Made by a program: the position numbers and the translations under genes
Notes under the pieces: generated by a model
Told to the model about the DNA's origin: nothing
Databases searched by the model: none
Seen by the model: the letters and a program-made list of their open reading frames with translations, nothing else
Shown: one piece after another, positions 1 through 8,449 of the stretch
How the letters are laid out: every line of letters starts with the position of its first letter
Position numbering within the stretch: the first letter of the stretch is position 1
From: Haliotis cracherodii
Lineage: Eukaryota
DNA: 64,000 bases
Assembly: GCF_022045235.1 (NCBI RefSeq)
Contig: NW_027266264.1
Coordinates: forward strand, 39,990,001 to 40,054,000
Reading direction: 5' to 3'

Positions 1-865
1 TTCCTACGTAGTAGGCACTATTGTCCACTAGTCCCAGGACCACGCGTTTTGGTAATTGGCCACCGATGAGGTGATCCTTGTGAAAGTCCCTACCGCCTCT
101 CGGGATGTCATGGGCAGTCACATGCACACGTGAAAGGGGATACTTGGCAGTCACCCCAGCGTTCAGACTGGACACGTGTGTTTCTCGGACAGCAGGATCG
201 ATGTTGAGTTGACGGACATAGAATTCAGCTTTGGTCAGGGCTAGTTTATAGACACCATCAGCAGCACACATGAAGAAGAACTCATCGGGACTTCGTAGCA
301 ATTCCAGTTTCATAGGGACACTGTCCAGCAGATAACGGTCTTGAAGAAACAGGTCACAGTGAAGACGGCCTGTAAGTTCCACTTCTTTGGTGGGTACGAT
401 AAGATCGCGTCGCGTTCTGACACCTGTGTTTCTTGTGTTCGCATCTGCATCAGGATTGAAGACGTCCATTTTACCAGCACTATCGGTGAACCATCCAGGA
501 CATTGAAGGTGAGATGTAAGATGAGGGTAAGTGCCCATGGAGGGTGTGATCTCCAACTGATTGTGTCCCACTTGCAGCCGCACTTCGCGAAACAGGAAAT
601 GCATCACATTGTTGACTGTCGATACGGGGGTATCCGCTAGAACGGTATCCATGCCATCATCTTTCATCACACATAGACATACTCTCAGGTAGCACTGAGA
701 ATCAATGTAAGTGTTCACGGGATTGGAAATGTTAAACTGGAGTGGTCCTGCTACAGAGGGTGGTGCCAAGGGACTATAGCGAATCCACTGACCCTCTTGC
801 ACAGAGGTGGACACAGGGGGTACAGTAAAGAGATCCAACTGGCCCCTTTGAACATTCGCAAGCAT
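1..865 (-). CDS. Polinton major capsid protein (double jelly-roll, hexon-like), 3' part outside window
   Basis: Manual translation from ATG 865 is open to the window edge, so it is absent from the ORF track: MLANVQRGQLDLFTVPPVSTSVQEGQWIRYSPL...LHCDLFLQDRYLLDSVPMKL...AKYPLSRV...GQLPKRVVLGLVDNSAY. This matches Maverick MCP motifs (LDLFxVPP, DLFxQDRYL, GQLPKR). A short in-frame deletion after 'TYP' is likely. Confidence 0.92.
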   Translation of the reverse strand, partial: MLANVQRGQLDLFTVPPVSTSVQEGQWIRYSPLAPPSVAGPLQFNISNPVNTYIDSQCYLRVCLCVMKDDGMDTVLADTPVSTVNNVMHFLFREVRLQVGHNQLEITPSMGTYPHLTSHLQCPGWFTDSAGKMDVFNPDADANTRNTGVRTRRDLIVPTKEVELTGRLHCDLFLQDRYLLDSVPMKLELLRSPDEFFFMCAADGVYKLALTKAEFYVRQLNIDPAVRETHVSSLNAGVTAKYPLSRVHVTAHDIPRGGRDFHKDHLIGGQLPKRVVLGLVDNSAYYVG

Positions 866-953
866 CTCGGCGCATCATGATGATGGATGTTTCACCCTTT
901 TCTCTGCCTTGAAGGACGTCCGGTCAGGTTGAAAGTCTGATGAGGACTGACCT

Positions 954-1320
954 TTAAACCATTTTTCTTTTCCTTTTACGCTGTTTCTGGTGGGAGATGG
1001 TGGTGGTTGGGACGACTTTACGTCTTTTAGGGGGTCTCGGCTCCTCACGTTCCTCCAAGACATCCATCAGGGCTGCTGTGCCACGATGTTTCAGACTCTC
1101 TGACCATTTGCGTTTGCCTGCAACCACATCACTCACCAACCCAGGCAGGATCTTTTTACCCATCTTGAGCACCGATGTTCCGGCAGATTTAAGGAAAGGC
1201 AACGCCATCTTCAAGGCCACTGCCACGTTGATGATATCGTCCATTGTATACTTTGATGCCACTCCCACGCTGGCCAAACTGTCCTCGATTCATATGGTGT
1301 GCCAATGCATGTCCCAACAT
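954..1320 (-). pseudogene. Polinton basic core/membrane-active protein (cupiennin-like), frameshifted near 1215
   Basis: ATG 1320 gives MLGHALAHHMNRGQFGQRGSGIKVYNGRYHQRGSGL. After a frameshift it continues KMALPFLKSAGTSVLKMGKKILPGLVSDVVAGKRKWSESLKHRG with a K/R-rich tail. QRGxG motifs, an amphipathic helix and the position between minor and major capsid genes are typical of this Polinton protein. Confidence 0.75.
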
Positions 1321-1333
1321 GTTGCTTTCTGCG

Positions 1334-2375
1334 TTAGTAGCGGCGTCTGAAGTGAAGTGTCACGATGGCTTTTCCCATTTGAAATGGCACGGGTCGCCCC
1401 GTGTCGTCCATGATTTAGAGTTTAATACCGTCAAAGGAATCATGACGCAACCCAAGGTAGTGAATGTGCTGAGGGCTTTTAATCACCACACTGTCTTGCA
1501 TCATTTTCTTTGACACAGGCACGTAGATCAGCAAGGGAGCCATCGTATTTCCCACAATTTGATCTTCGACCAGGTTGGTGTAAATGTACACAGTATCAAA
1601 TCCTGACAGACGATTCGCTTTTGTGTCACCTGTGATTTCCACATAGCCACCGGTCATGGGAGTAGCCCCCACTTGCCAATGGGCCAAGGCAGTCAAGGGA
1701 ACGGGCGTCTCTGTGTCGGTTTTATAGTCCTCCTCACCGAGGAGCGGTAGTTCAACAAATCCGAGCATTCTCGAGAGTGGACTTGATCACTTCAGTGGAA
1801 TAGAGTGGTCCACCAGTATTTCCCATGAGAGGATGATTGATTGCTACTTCTTGAGGGGCTTGGAATCGCACCTTTCCATCTTCAAGCATGTCAAATCGAA
1901 GACTATCTGCGTGATACTTGACATCAATGACAATCCGTCTCCCATCACTCTGGACGCTGTCTGAGGGCTGTTCTTTCAAGACATCCGTAATATGTTCCTG
2001 AATCAAACGGTTGACGGTTTTCACCAAATCTTCAGATGAATAGACGCCTTTCTTGATAGGAATCTTCTTGCTTTCATAATGGACGACACCATACTGTGGG
2101 TGTGGTATAGCGCTCCCCACGCTTTCATACACAAGGGTGTCTTTTTTCAGTTTGAGGTTCAGCGCAAACCAGTCAAAGGGTGGGGCGACGTTGTACCATG
2201 TCATCGGAAAGTGAACTTCGCTGACGCCCACCTCCCACTGTTGACGGTCCAGATGCAGAGGATAAGGCAACTTGATTTCATACGCATTGACAGTGTTGTT
2301 TTGATAGATGTCCATCGAGGCATCACTGGGCAGGGTCATGTAAAAGTCTTGTTTCGAAAAAAAGGTGGCAGCCAT
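1334..2375 (-). pseudogene. Polinton minor capsid protein (penton-like), frameshift near 1760 and premature TAA at 1415-1417
   Basis: N-terminus FYMTLPSDASMDIYQNNT...WEVGVSEVHFPMTWYNV. C-terminus YIYTNLVEDQIVGNTMAPLL...GIKL*IMDDTGRPVPFQMGKAIVTLHFRRRY* (TAA 1334-1336). Both ends are hallmark Maverick minor-capsid motifs. Confidence 0.9.
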
Positions 2376-2386
2376 GATGACATGAG

Positions 2387-2788
2387 CTAAGGTATAAAAC
2401 TCTGGGTGGATGAGGTATCAAGTTGAAGTCTTCTGGTGGACGGGGTCGTCGTGGGTATGCCTGGTGAGGCGGCCAAGGTGGGTGGTGAAAGTATGTATCT
2501 CAAACAACTGGAGAGCAGGGCTGTCCACAACTGTTTCTCTCCGTGATCCAAGGCCAACTGTACCATGCCCATAATGATCACGCCATATATCACAAAGATC
2601 TGAGCAAAAAACACGACTTCACTGCGGGGTAACAACATGCCAAAACAACACCAAGGTGAGTGTCGGCGCTGGTGATGACGTGGTGCAGCAGCAAGGGAGG
2701 GTTCATCGGTACCCACGGATGCTGAGAGGCTTCTCTGCAGAGGTGATGATGGTGGTGGTGGCGGTTCTGTCATCGTGTGTGTCCACAC
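2387..2788 (-). CDS. Small Polinton membrane protein (two hydrophobic segments)
   Basis: RSEVVFFAQIFVIYGVIIMGMVQLALDHGEKQLWTALLSSCLRYILSP resembles a conserved small TM ORF of invertebrate Polintons (recalled, not searched). It lies between integrase and minor capsid. Confidence 0.7.
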   Translation of the reverse strand: MWTHTMTEPPPPPSSPLQRSLSASVGTDEPSLAAAPRHHQRRHSPWCCFGMLLPRSEVVFFAQIFVIYGVIIMGMVQLALDHGEKQLWTALLSSCLRYILSPPTLAASPGIPTTTPSTRRLQLDTSSTQSFIP

Positions 2789-2818
2789 TCTGAATGAGTC
2801 TGAGAGACAGCGTGTTCC

Positions 2819-4066
2819 TTATTTTATCTGTAAATGATCTGCAGGGATCCACGAATTAAAACTGGCAGGGTAGCCAGTCCATTTCACCAAGACCTCTTCT
2901 TGACCCTGTTTCGGTCCTGGACGTCTTTTCAGCACGCGATCCATGGCATACACGTCTGTTTTCAAGATGGGTTGTATTTCTTCAGGGTAAAAAGTTCCTT
3001 GGAGGACTTCACCATGATCATCTTTGATCCGATACCCAGGAGGTGTTCTCCCTGTCACCAACAGTTCAGTGGTCCAATTGGGAAGATGACCTTTCTCAAA
3101 GGTGCCTTTGGTTTTGTTCAGACGTACACGGTTGCCCGGCAGTAAAAGAGAGGGTGATTTTGTCTTGGGGGACGACAGTCTTTGTGTTGTTATTTTCTTT
3201 TTGCGCTGAAGCCGTTGTTGTTGTTGTTTTTCCTCCATGTAGTCTAACACCCAAATTTCTGACAGGGGATCTCCTGGGAGGACGTCCACAGGTCGCTGGC
3301 CAATGGTCCGATGCACACGACGGTTGTACGACTTGATCAACTGGGGTAAGACTTTCAAATAGTGTCTGGTCCCATGCTGTGTAAAGTATCGCCACATTTT
3401 ATTAGTCCTTTGAAACCGTTCCACCACGACTGCTTTCGTTTCAGGATTTTGACTGGTGTAGAAATGAATGCCATGCTTCGTCATGAGTGCCTGGAAAGGA
3501 CGGTTGACAAATTCTCTGCCTTTGTCTGTTTGCAATTGAGCAGGGAGTCGATATTTGGCTTGTTGCATCAGCAAGGCTTGAAAACCTTCGGTCAAAGCAG
3601 AACTGCTCTTGGCCTTCAGGGGTTGCACCCATGCCATCTTTGAAAACACATCGATCACGCACAGTAGATATTTGAATCCTTCGTTGTCGTCTTGAAAGGC
3701 AATCATGTCACTCAAGTCTGCTTGCCACAGTTCATCGACCCCTCCCACACGATAGTGGTCTGTCGGAAAGGAGCGTCTGGCTGGTTTGTGCAAGGTGTAG
3801 GTACTTTTGGTTTGCAACCAACGCTTGGTTTGACTTTGCGATGGCATGGTTTTCTTCTTGCTTTTACTGGTTCTTGCATCTTGAGTGTGGATGCATGCTG
3901 CTTTCCACAAAGGTCGCCAGCTTCCAAAACTTGCAGGATGTTCAGGATGAAAGTAAGTTTTTTCCAACCAGGCCGTCCAAAGGGAAGTAGGAAATCCTTT
4001 GTTTTGATTCCCTGCAGCAGCAGCAGAGGGAAGAATGCGCTGTCGCGTCTTGGTCTGTCGCTTCAT
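2819..4066 (-). CDS. Polinton retroviral-like (rve, DDE) integrase with C-terminal chromodomain
   Basis: YTLHKPARR, WQADL, CVIDVFSK, LQTDKGREF, VVERFQRT (D-D-E triad), FEKGHLPNWT, and chromodomain EVLVKWTGYPASFNSWIP. The ORF is open, with probable small in-frame deletions. Confidence 0.95.
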   Translation of the reverse strand: MKRQTKTRQRILPSAAAAGNQNKGFPTSLWTAWLEKTYFHPEHPASFGSWRPLWKAACIHTQDARTSKSKKKTMPSQSQTKRWLQTKSTYTLHKPARRSFPTDHYRVGGVDELWQADLSDMIAFQDDNEGFKYLLCVIDVFSKMAWVQPLKAKSSSALTEGFQALLMQQAKYRLPAQLQTDKGREFVNRPFQALMTKHGIHFYTSQNPETKAVVVERFQRTNKMWRYFTQHGTRHYLKVLPQLIKSYNRRVHRTIGQRPVDVLPGDPLSEIWVLDYMEEKQQQQRLQRKKKITTQRLSSPKTKSPSLLLPGNRVRLNKTKGTFEKGHLPNWTTELLVTGRTPPGYRIKDDHGEVLQGTFYPEEIQPILKTDVYAMDRVLKRRPGPKQGQEEVLVKWTGYPASFNSWIPADHLQIK

Positions 4067-4153
4067 TTCTCTGTCGCTTCATTTCTCTCAGACTGATGCC
4101 ACTTCCCACATGAATGGGCTTTTTATAGAGAAGGGGAGAGATTTATTTTTTTC

Positions 4154-5107
4154 TTAGGTGGTGCTAAAGGGTATCCATGAACCTCGCCTGTTGATGAATC
4201 TGTCCTGTTTGGTATCAGATGGAGGTGGAGTCATCAACCATGGGGTTGACATCACATCTTTTTCTTCCTCCACTGGTGGATCCAGTTGCCACGAAGGAGG
4301 TTGGGGTGGCATCTCATCTTCTTCTTCTTCTTCCGCTTGTGGATCCACCTGCTGCCTCCTCCTTCTTCTCTCTTTGTGACTTTGCGGGGAGAACTTGGGG
4401 AGGGAGAACTGGGTTATGGGTTTTTCTGGTGTGGCATGAGGATGGTGTTGCTGCTGCTGCTGCTTCTGCATCCATTGCCATTGTTGAGGATTTCCAATTA
4501 TTTCATGAGGGACATGACTGTTGGCCAAATGGTGACTCAAAATTGTCCAACCTGCAGGCCACTCTTTGGTTTTACGGTGAAGCACTAAATCGTTGATCAA
4601 GTCCACCATGTGTGTGCCAGGGACAGGTTTCTCTTCCACGGTCAGGGTTCCCTCTGGAGTCCAACTCAAGTCTGGATTGTTTTGAATCCTTGTCATCAAA
4701 TTCATGGCTTTACTGGACATGGCTTTAGGAACACTCATGACCACTTCATCTATCACTTGTTGAGGAGGGGCAGGTCTACCTGTGGTGTCCATTGTTGATG
4801 GTGATGACGGTGGGTGTGGTGGTGTCACTTTGGGTTGTAGTGGTTTGATGGTGTTGTTGTTGCTGTTGTTGTTGTACTGTTGGCGCTGCAACTCTAGCAT
4901 GTGCTGCAACAGTTGGTTGTATTCTTGTTCCCGCATGTGAAAAGGCTGCTGTGACCTCTGCATCAACGCGTCCATCTCTTCCAAATTTTGGAGACGTTTC
5001 TTTTCCAAGAGAGAGGTATGAAGTGTCTGACGATGACGTTGTTTGGTGGCCTGTAGACTTTGCCATGTGTCTTCAGGCACCAACACCATCTTGCGTGCGT
5101 ACTTCAT
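4154..5107 (-). CDS. Conserved Polinton protein of unknown function, Q/P-rich
   Basis: Starts MKYARKMVLVP (ATG 5107). Core SVPKAMSSKAMNLMTRIQNNPDLSWTPEGTL...GTHMVDLINDLV...GWTILSHHLANSHVPHEIIGNPQQW resembles the gene commonly upstream of Polinton integrase (recalled). Confidence 0.75.
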   Translation of the reverse strand: MKYARKMVLVPEDTWQSLQATKQRHRQTLHTSLLEKKRLQNLEEMDALMQRSQQPFHMREQEYNQLLQHMLELQRQQYNNNSNNNTIKPLQPKVTPPHPPSSPSTMDTTGRPAPPQQVIDEVVMSVPKAMSSKAMNLMTRIQNNPDLSWTPEGTLTVEEKPVPGTHMVDLINDLVLHRKTKEWPAGWTILSHHLANSHVPHEIIGNPQQWQWMQKQQQQQHHPHATPEKPITQFSLPKFSPQSHKERRRRRQQVDPQAEEEEEDEMPPQPPSWQLDPPVEEEKDVMSTPWLMTPPPSDTKQDRFINRRGSWIPFSTT

Positions 5108-5156
5108 GGTGGCACACCACAAACTGACCCCAACCTTCCTGGTGTCAGACCATTTA

Positions 5157-5483
5157 TTACGTTCCTCCAAACAAAGAGGCTAAAGCAGAACCAATAAGAG
5201 GGATGAGTCCTAATAATCCTCCGCCATGTTGAAGAAGTTTACGTTTCTTGCTTAGAGGTACTTGTTTTTTCATGAGCGTGTTCAAGACTTTACCGTGTCA
5301 TTGCAAGTTTTGACGTTGAGTCGTGGTCATGGGAATATTGCCTGCATACAAGTTCACCACACATTCACAAAGGGCACGGATGAGATCGGTAGGAGCATGT
5401 TTGAGAATGGCTTTGCGCATCGCTGGAGCAGCAGCACACAAATGACACAGAGCGTGTTTCTGTTTCCTGAGGCACTGAGACAT
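5157..5483 (-). pseudogene. Polinton small basic pX-like virion protein with QxGG motif and hydrophobic C-terminus; internal TGA at 5298-5300
   Basis: Read-through translation: MSQCLRKQKHALCHL...RKAILKHAPTDLIRALCECVVNLYAGNIPMTTTQRQNLQ*HGKVLNTLMKKQVPLSKKRKLLQHGGGLLGLIPLIGSALASLFGGT*. The LCECxxNxxxGNIP and QxGG-hydrophobic tail are family signatures. Confidence 0.8.
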
Positions 5484-5543
5484 CTTCCTTGCATGGATGT
5501 GTTAGCCTGAATGAAGCACCTGATCTGCAGCTTCTCTCTTTTA

Positions 5544-6434
5544 TCAGGCAGTGGCAGGAGGGAGTTGCAACTGTTGATCTGCCTTCTTGGACTTTCTTTG
5601 GGTCCGCATGTGCACCAATCGTCTGAGAGCATCAGCTTGATATGCTTTCATGACATTTTCATGAGCCTTTACTTTTGGCTTAGTAGTCATCGTTGTTGTT
5701 GTTGTAGGTCGGTGGCGCCTGGTGTTACCCTGTTTGAGGAGTGGTGCTTGAAGATAATGTTGCCATTGCAACAGAATGCGTGTCAAGACCCCTGCAAGTG
5801 TTCCAATACCACTGCGTTGCATCAGGTAGTCAAGACGTTCATCCAGACGTGGATCGACAAGTTTAGTCAGGGTATCATTGTGTCTCTGCAACCACGTCTT
5901 ATGTTGAGCTTTCAATGGGATGTGTCCTGCTCTCAGGTTCCGCGCGACAATCACAAACCACTGCAAAAGACGATTTCTTCCTTTGACGGCAAGGGTTGTC
6001 GCATCTCTTGTCTGAAAAATAGACGGCCTCTTGTCTTTTTTCTTCTTTCATGGGGGCTCCTGCTGCTGCAGACGTTGAAAGCGTTGAAGATCTAGTGGGG
6101 GTGAGGGTGCTGATGGGGAAGGCCGTTGTTGTTCCTGACGATGCTTGTTCAAGGGTACCATCGAAGAGTAAGGCGGACCTGGGGTGGACTTCTGGTGCTG
6201 CTGCTGTTGCTGTTGCAGAGGTTGAAAGCATTGAAGATCATGTGGTGACGAGGGTGGCGAAGGTGCTGATGATGTTGAAGGACGTGGTGATGGCTGCTGC
6301 TGACGATGCATGTTCACGGGTACCATTGAGGAGGGAAACGATCCTGGTGGTGAAGGAGTCTTGTGAAATACAGAGGTCACAAGTCCCTGTAGCGATGAGG
6401 GGGAGACCATATTGTCATAGACATCATTCACCAT
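5544..6434 (-). pseudogene. Divergent second pX-like domain fused to a P/S/Q-rich duplicated N-terminus; internal TGA at 6048-6050
   Basis: ORFs 6048..6434 and 5544..5966 are in the same frame, separated by one TGA (EPP*KKKK). The C-part RNLRAGHIPLKAQHKTWLQRH...MQRSGIGTLAGVL aligns by eye with the neighbouring pX-like gene. Confidence 0.55.
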
Positions 6435-6556
6435 CTCTTTGTCTTTGTTCTTTCACTTCGTAGGATGAACCTGTTTCCGTCTTTGCCCCATGATGGATGT
6501 AGGTCAACTGAAGGAAGGTCTGAGGGTTCACCTTCTTTTTTGAAAGTCTCTTCATC

Positions 6557-7258
6557 TCATAGGATCGGCACATACACGAGGGGTAATTCGGATCTCGAAA
6601 ACAGGCGGGCGCGTACGCGATGGTCTTGCAACGTGGGCTTCAAGTCCAAGAACAGGTAAGTGTAAGGCTCTCAGGTAGCGTCTTCATAGGCTTCACGCAG
6701 AAAAGGAACTTTGCCTGGAAACACCTGGCGAGCCAGACTGTCGATCTGTGATGCATCTCTCGGATTTTTAAAGAGGACCATGTATTGAGCATTCAGACTG
6801 ATGTTGCGATGTTGTGGCGATTGAGCAAACAAGTTCTGAGTGAGATACAGCACAGATGTGTTTCGATGATGGCTTTTCTTGGTGAACCATCGCAGCACTT
6901 CAGTTTCTTCTTCTTTTGTATTGTCCCCCAGCAAATCATCGATGACCAGCCAATGTGTGGCCACCCCTTTTTCGGGCAAGGCACGATCCGCTTCTTTCAT
7001 GCTGTGGACAAACTCAAGAGCGACCCCTAAACGGTCTGCCATCTCCTCCAGTTCATGATGAAGCGGTTGCCATTCGCTGTACACCCACACGATGCGATGG
7101 GGTGACGTATCCAACACCTCGGGGCGATGCATCTGCTCCATACATGATTTCACAAAGGAACTTTTTCCTGATCCCGTGGGTCCCGCAATGAACATTGTAA
7201 AAGGATGGCGTAGGGTCAAAGGGGTGGTCATGACCTCCTCATCATCATGTGATGCCAT
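6557..7258 (-). pseudogene. Polinton DNA packaging ATPase (A32/FtsK-like); premature TGA at 6671-6673
   Basis: HPFTMFIAGPTGSGKS (Walker A), LVIDDL (Walker B), FTKKSHHRN, YLTQNLF, ISLNAQYMVLFKNPRD, LARQVFP. The conserved tail continues past the stop: EDAT*EPYTYLFLDLKP...VYVPIL*. Confidence 0.93.
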
Positions 7259-7459
7259 CCTGTGTTCTGGCTGACTGACACCAGTCAACTGATCCTTTCA
7301 AGCATGACCTTTCTCTTTTATCTGTTATTTTTTTCTTCCTATCTCTCCCATGACCCATACAATTTCTTATGAAAAAAAAGAAACACAACGGTCGGTCCAA
7401 TTTAGAAAACCGGGGCTCAGACCAAGTGTCGAAACGAACCCATCAGCACGATGCGTTTT

Positions 7460-7501
7460 CGACCAATCAGGAAGCAGGGTTTTGGTGCCTCTCCTATAAA
7501 A
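7460..7501 (+). promoter_or_regulatory. Putative Pol II promoter (CCAAT + TATA) for the divergent small ORF
   Basis: GACCAATCAG near 7461, then CCTATAAAA near 7494, about 55 bp upstream of ATG 7554, which has a good context (CAACCATG). Confidence 0.5.
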
Positions 7502-7553
7502 TGAGCAAAGCCACGCACACCGTCACAGTCGAGCACTGAAGGAGAGATCAACC

Positions 7554-7814
7554 ATGTCGTCTCGATGCAGCTGTCTGACGTGCCAGACCAACAGTCAACA
7601 ATGCCAGGGGAGGATGAAAGTCTATTCGTGGACAATAGTGGGCTACCCACGGGGTGAATCGGAGACTATCCTATCGCAGAGCCCACACTGGTTTAAGAAC
7701 AAGTCTGAGGTTATGGCAGCATTACAACAAACTATTCAACGCGGAATTGACATACCCGACTGTTGGGGTGGTCCATATTATTATCTAGTATCGAGATCAA
7801 GGAAAGTAATGTAA
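7554..7814 (+). CDS. Small Cys-rich Polinton accessory ORF (86 aa), unknown function
   Basis: Intact ORF MSSRCSCLTCQTNSQQCQGRMKVYSWTIVG...PDCWGGPYYY, preceded by CCAAT/TATA and divergent from the ATPase-capsid block. Confidence 0.5.
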   Translation: MSSRCSCLTCQTNSQQCQGRMKVYSWTIVGYPRGESETILSQSPHWFKNKSEVMAALQQTIQRGIDIPDCWGGPYYYLVSRSRKVM

Positions 7815-8074
7815 TCAAGGAGACATCCCTTGTCCAGCTTGTTTCCAGTTTGTTTTCCAACGGCCCTTTTCAAGGCCACCCATCTCACCCAAAAGACAAC
7901 TATCATCCTTTGCTTTGACGACCACCCTCTCTCCCTCCCTTCACCACCACCACCACGTCTATGTTTAGAACCACCACACCCACACCAACCATGGCGATTG
8001 TGTTCACCTTTTACAACCGCTTCCTTGGGTTTTTTTTTTTCCCCCTTCCCTCCCTCCCTCCTCCTGCTCCTCCC

Positions 8075-8315
8075 CCGGAATACGGAGGCGACGCCCTCTT
8101 GAAGGTGCGCGCACCACCGGACACGGAAGCGACGCCCTCTTGGAGGTGCGCGCGCCACCGGAAAACGGAGGCGACGCCATCTTGGAGGCGCACGACATCG
8201 GAAACGGAGGCGACGCCATCTTGGAGGTGAGCACGCCACCGGAAACGGATGAGACGCCATCTTGGAGGCGCGCGACACCGGAAATGGATGCGACGCCACC
8301 TTGGATGCGCGCGCA
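8075..8315. repeat. Subterminal tandem repeat of the Polinton end, about 6 x 40 bp, CpG-rich
   Basis: Unit approximately CCGGAAACGGAGGCGACGCCATCTTGGAGGTGCGCGCGCCA, starting near 8075, 8117, 8158, 8198, 8239 and 8278. Confidence 0.9.
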
Positions 8316-8449
8316 ACTCCCACCATGCCCTGCGCGCATGCGCAGGTCACGTGACCAAACCGAAACCGGATGTGACGTCACAGAGGTCACGTGATCCTCT
8401 CGACCAATCAGAAGCCAGGAGCGGTTCTGGACTGATGTACACAACTACT

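Larger units (their letters stand above)
1..8449 (-). mobile_element. Polinton/Maverick (adintovirus-like) endogenous viral element, right arm; continues beyond the left window edge
   Basis: Co-oriented intronless genes for major capsid, minor capsid, rve integrase, packaging ATPase and conserved Polinton small proteins. Terminus ...CAACTACT at 8449 (reverse complement AGTAGT, the canonical Polinton end), where unrelated LINE sequence starts abruptly. Confidence 0.95.

Noticed and set aside
341-6659. Plus-strand ORFs overlapping the Polinton genes
   Set aside because: They are antisense shadows of recognisable minus-strand genes and have no motifs of their own.
5298-6673. Programmed TGA read-through or selenocysteine in Polinton genes
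   Set aside because: The same element has frameshifts, a TAA stop and deletions, and the positions fit Arg rather than Cys, so mutational decay is simpler.
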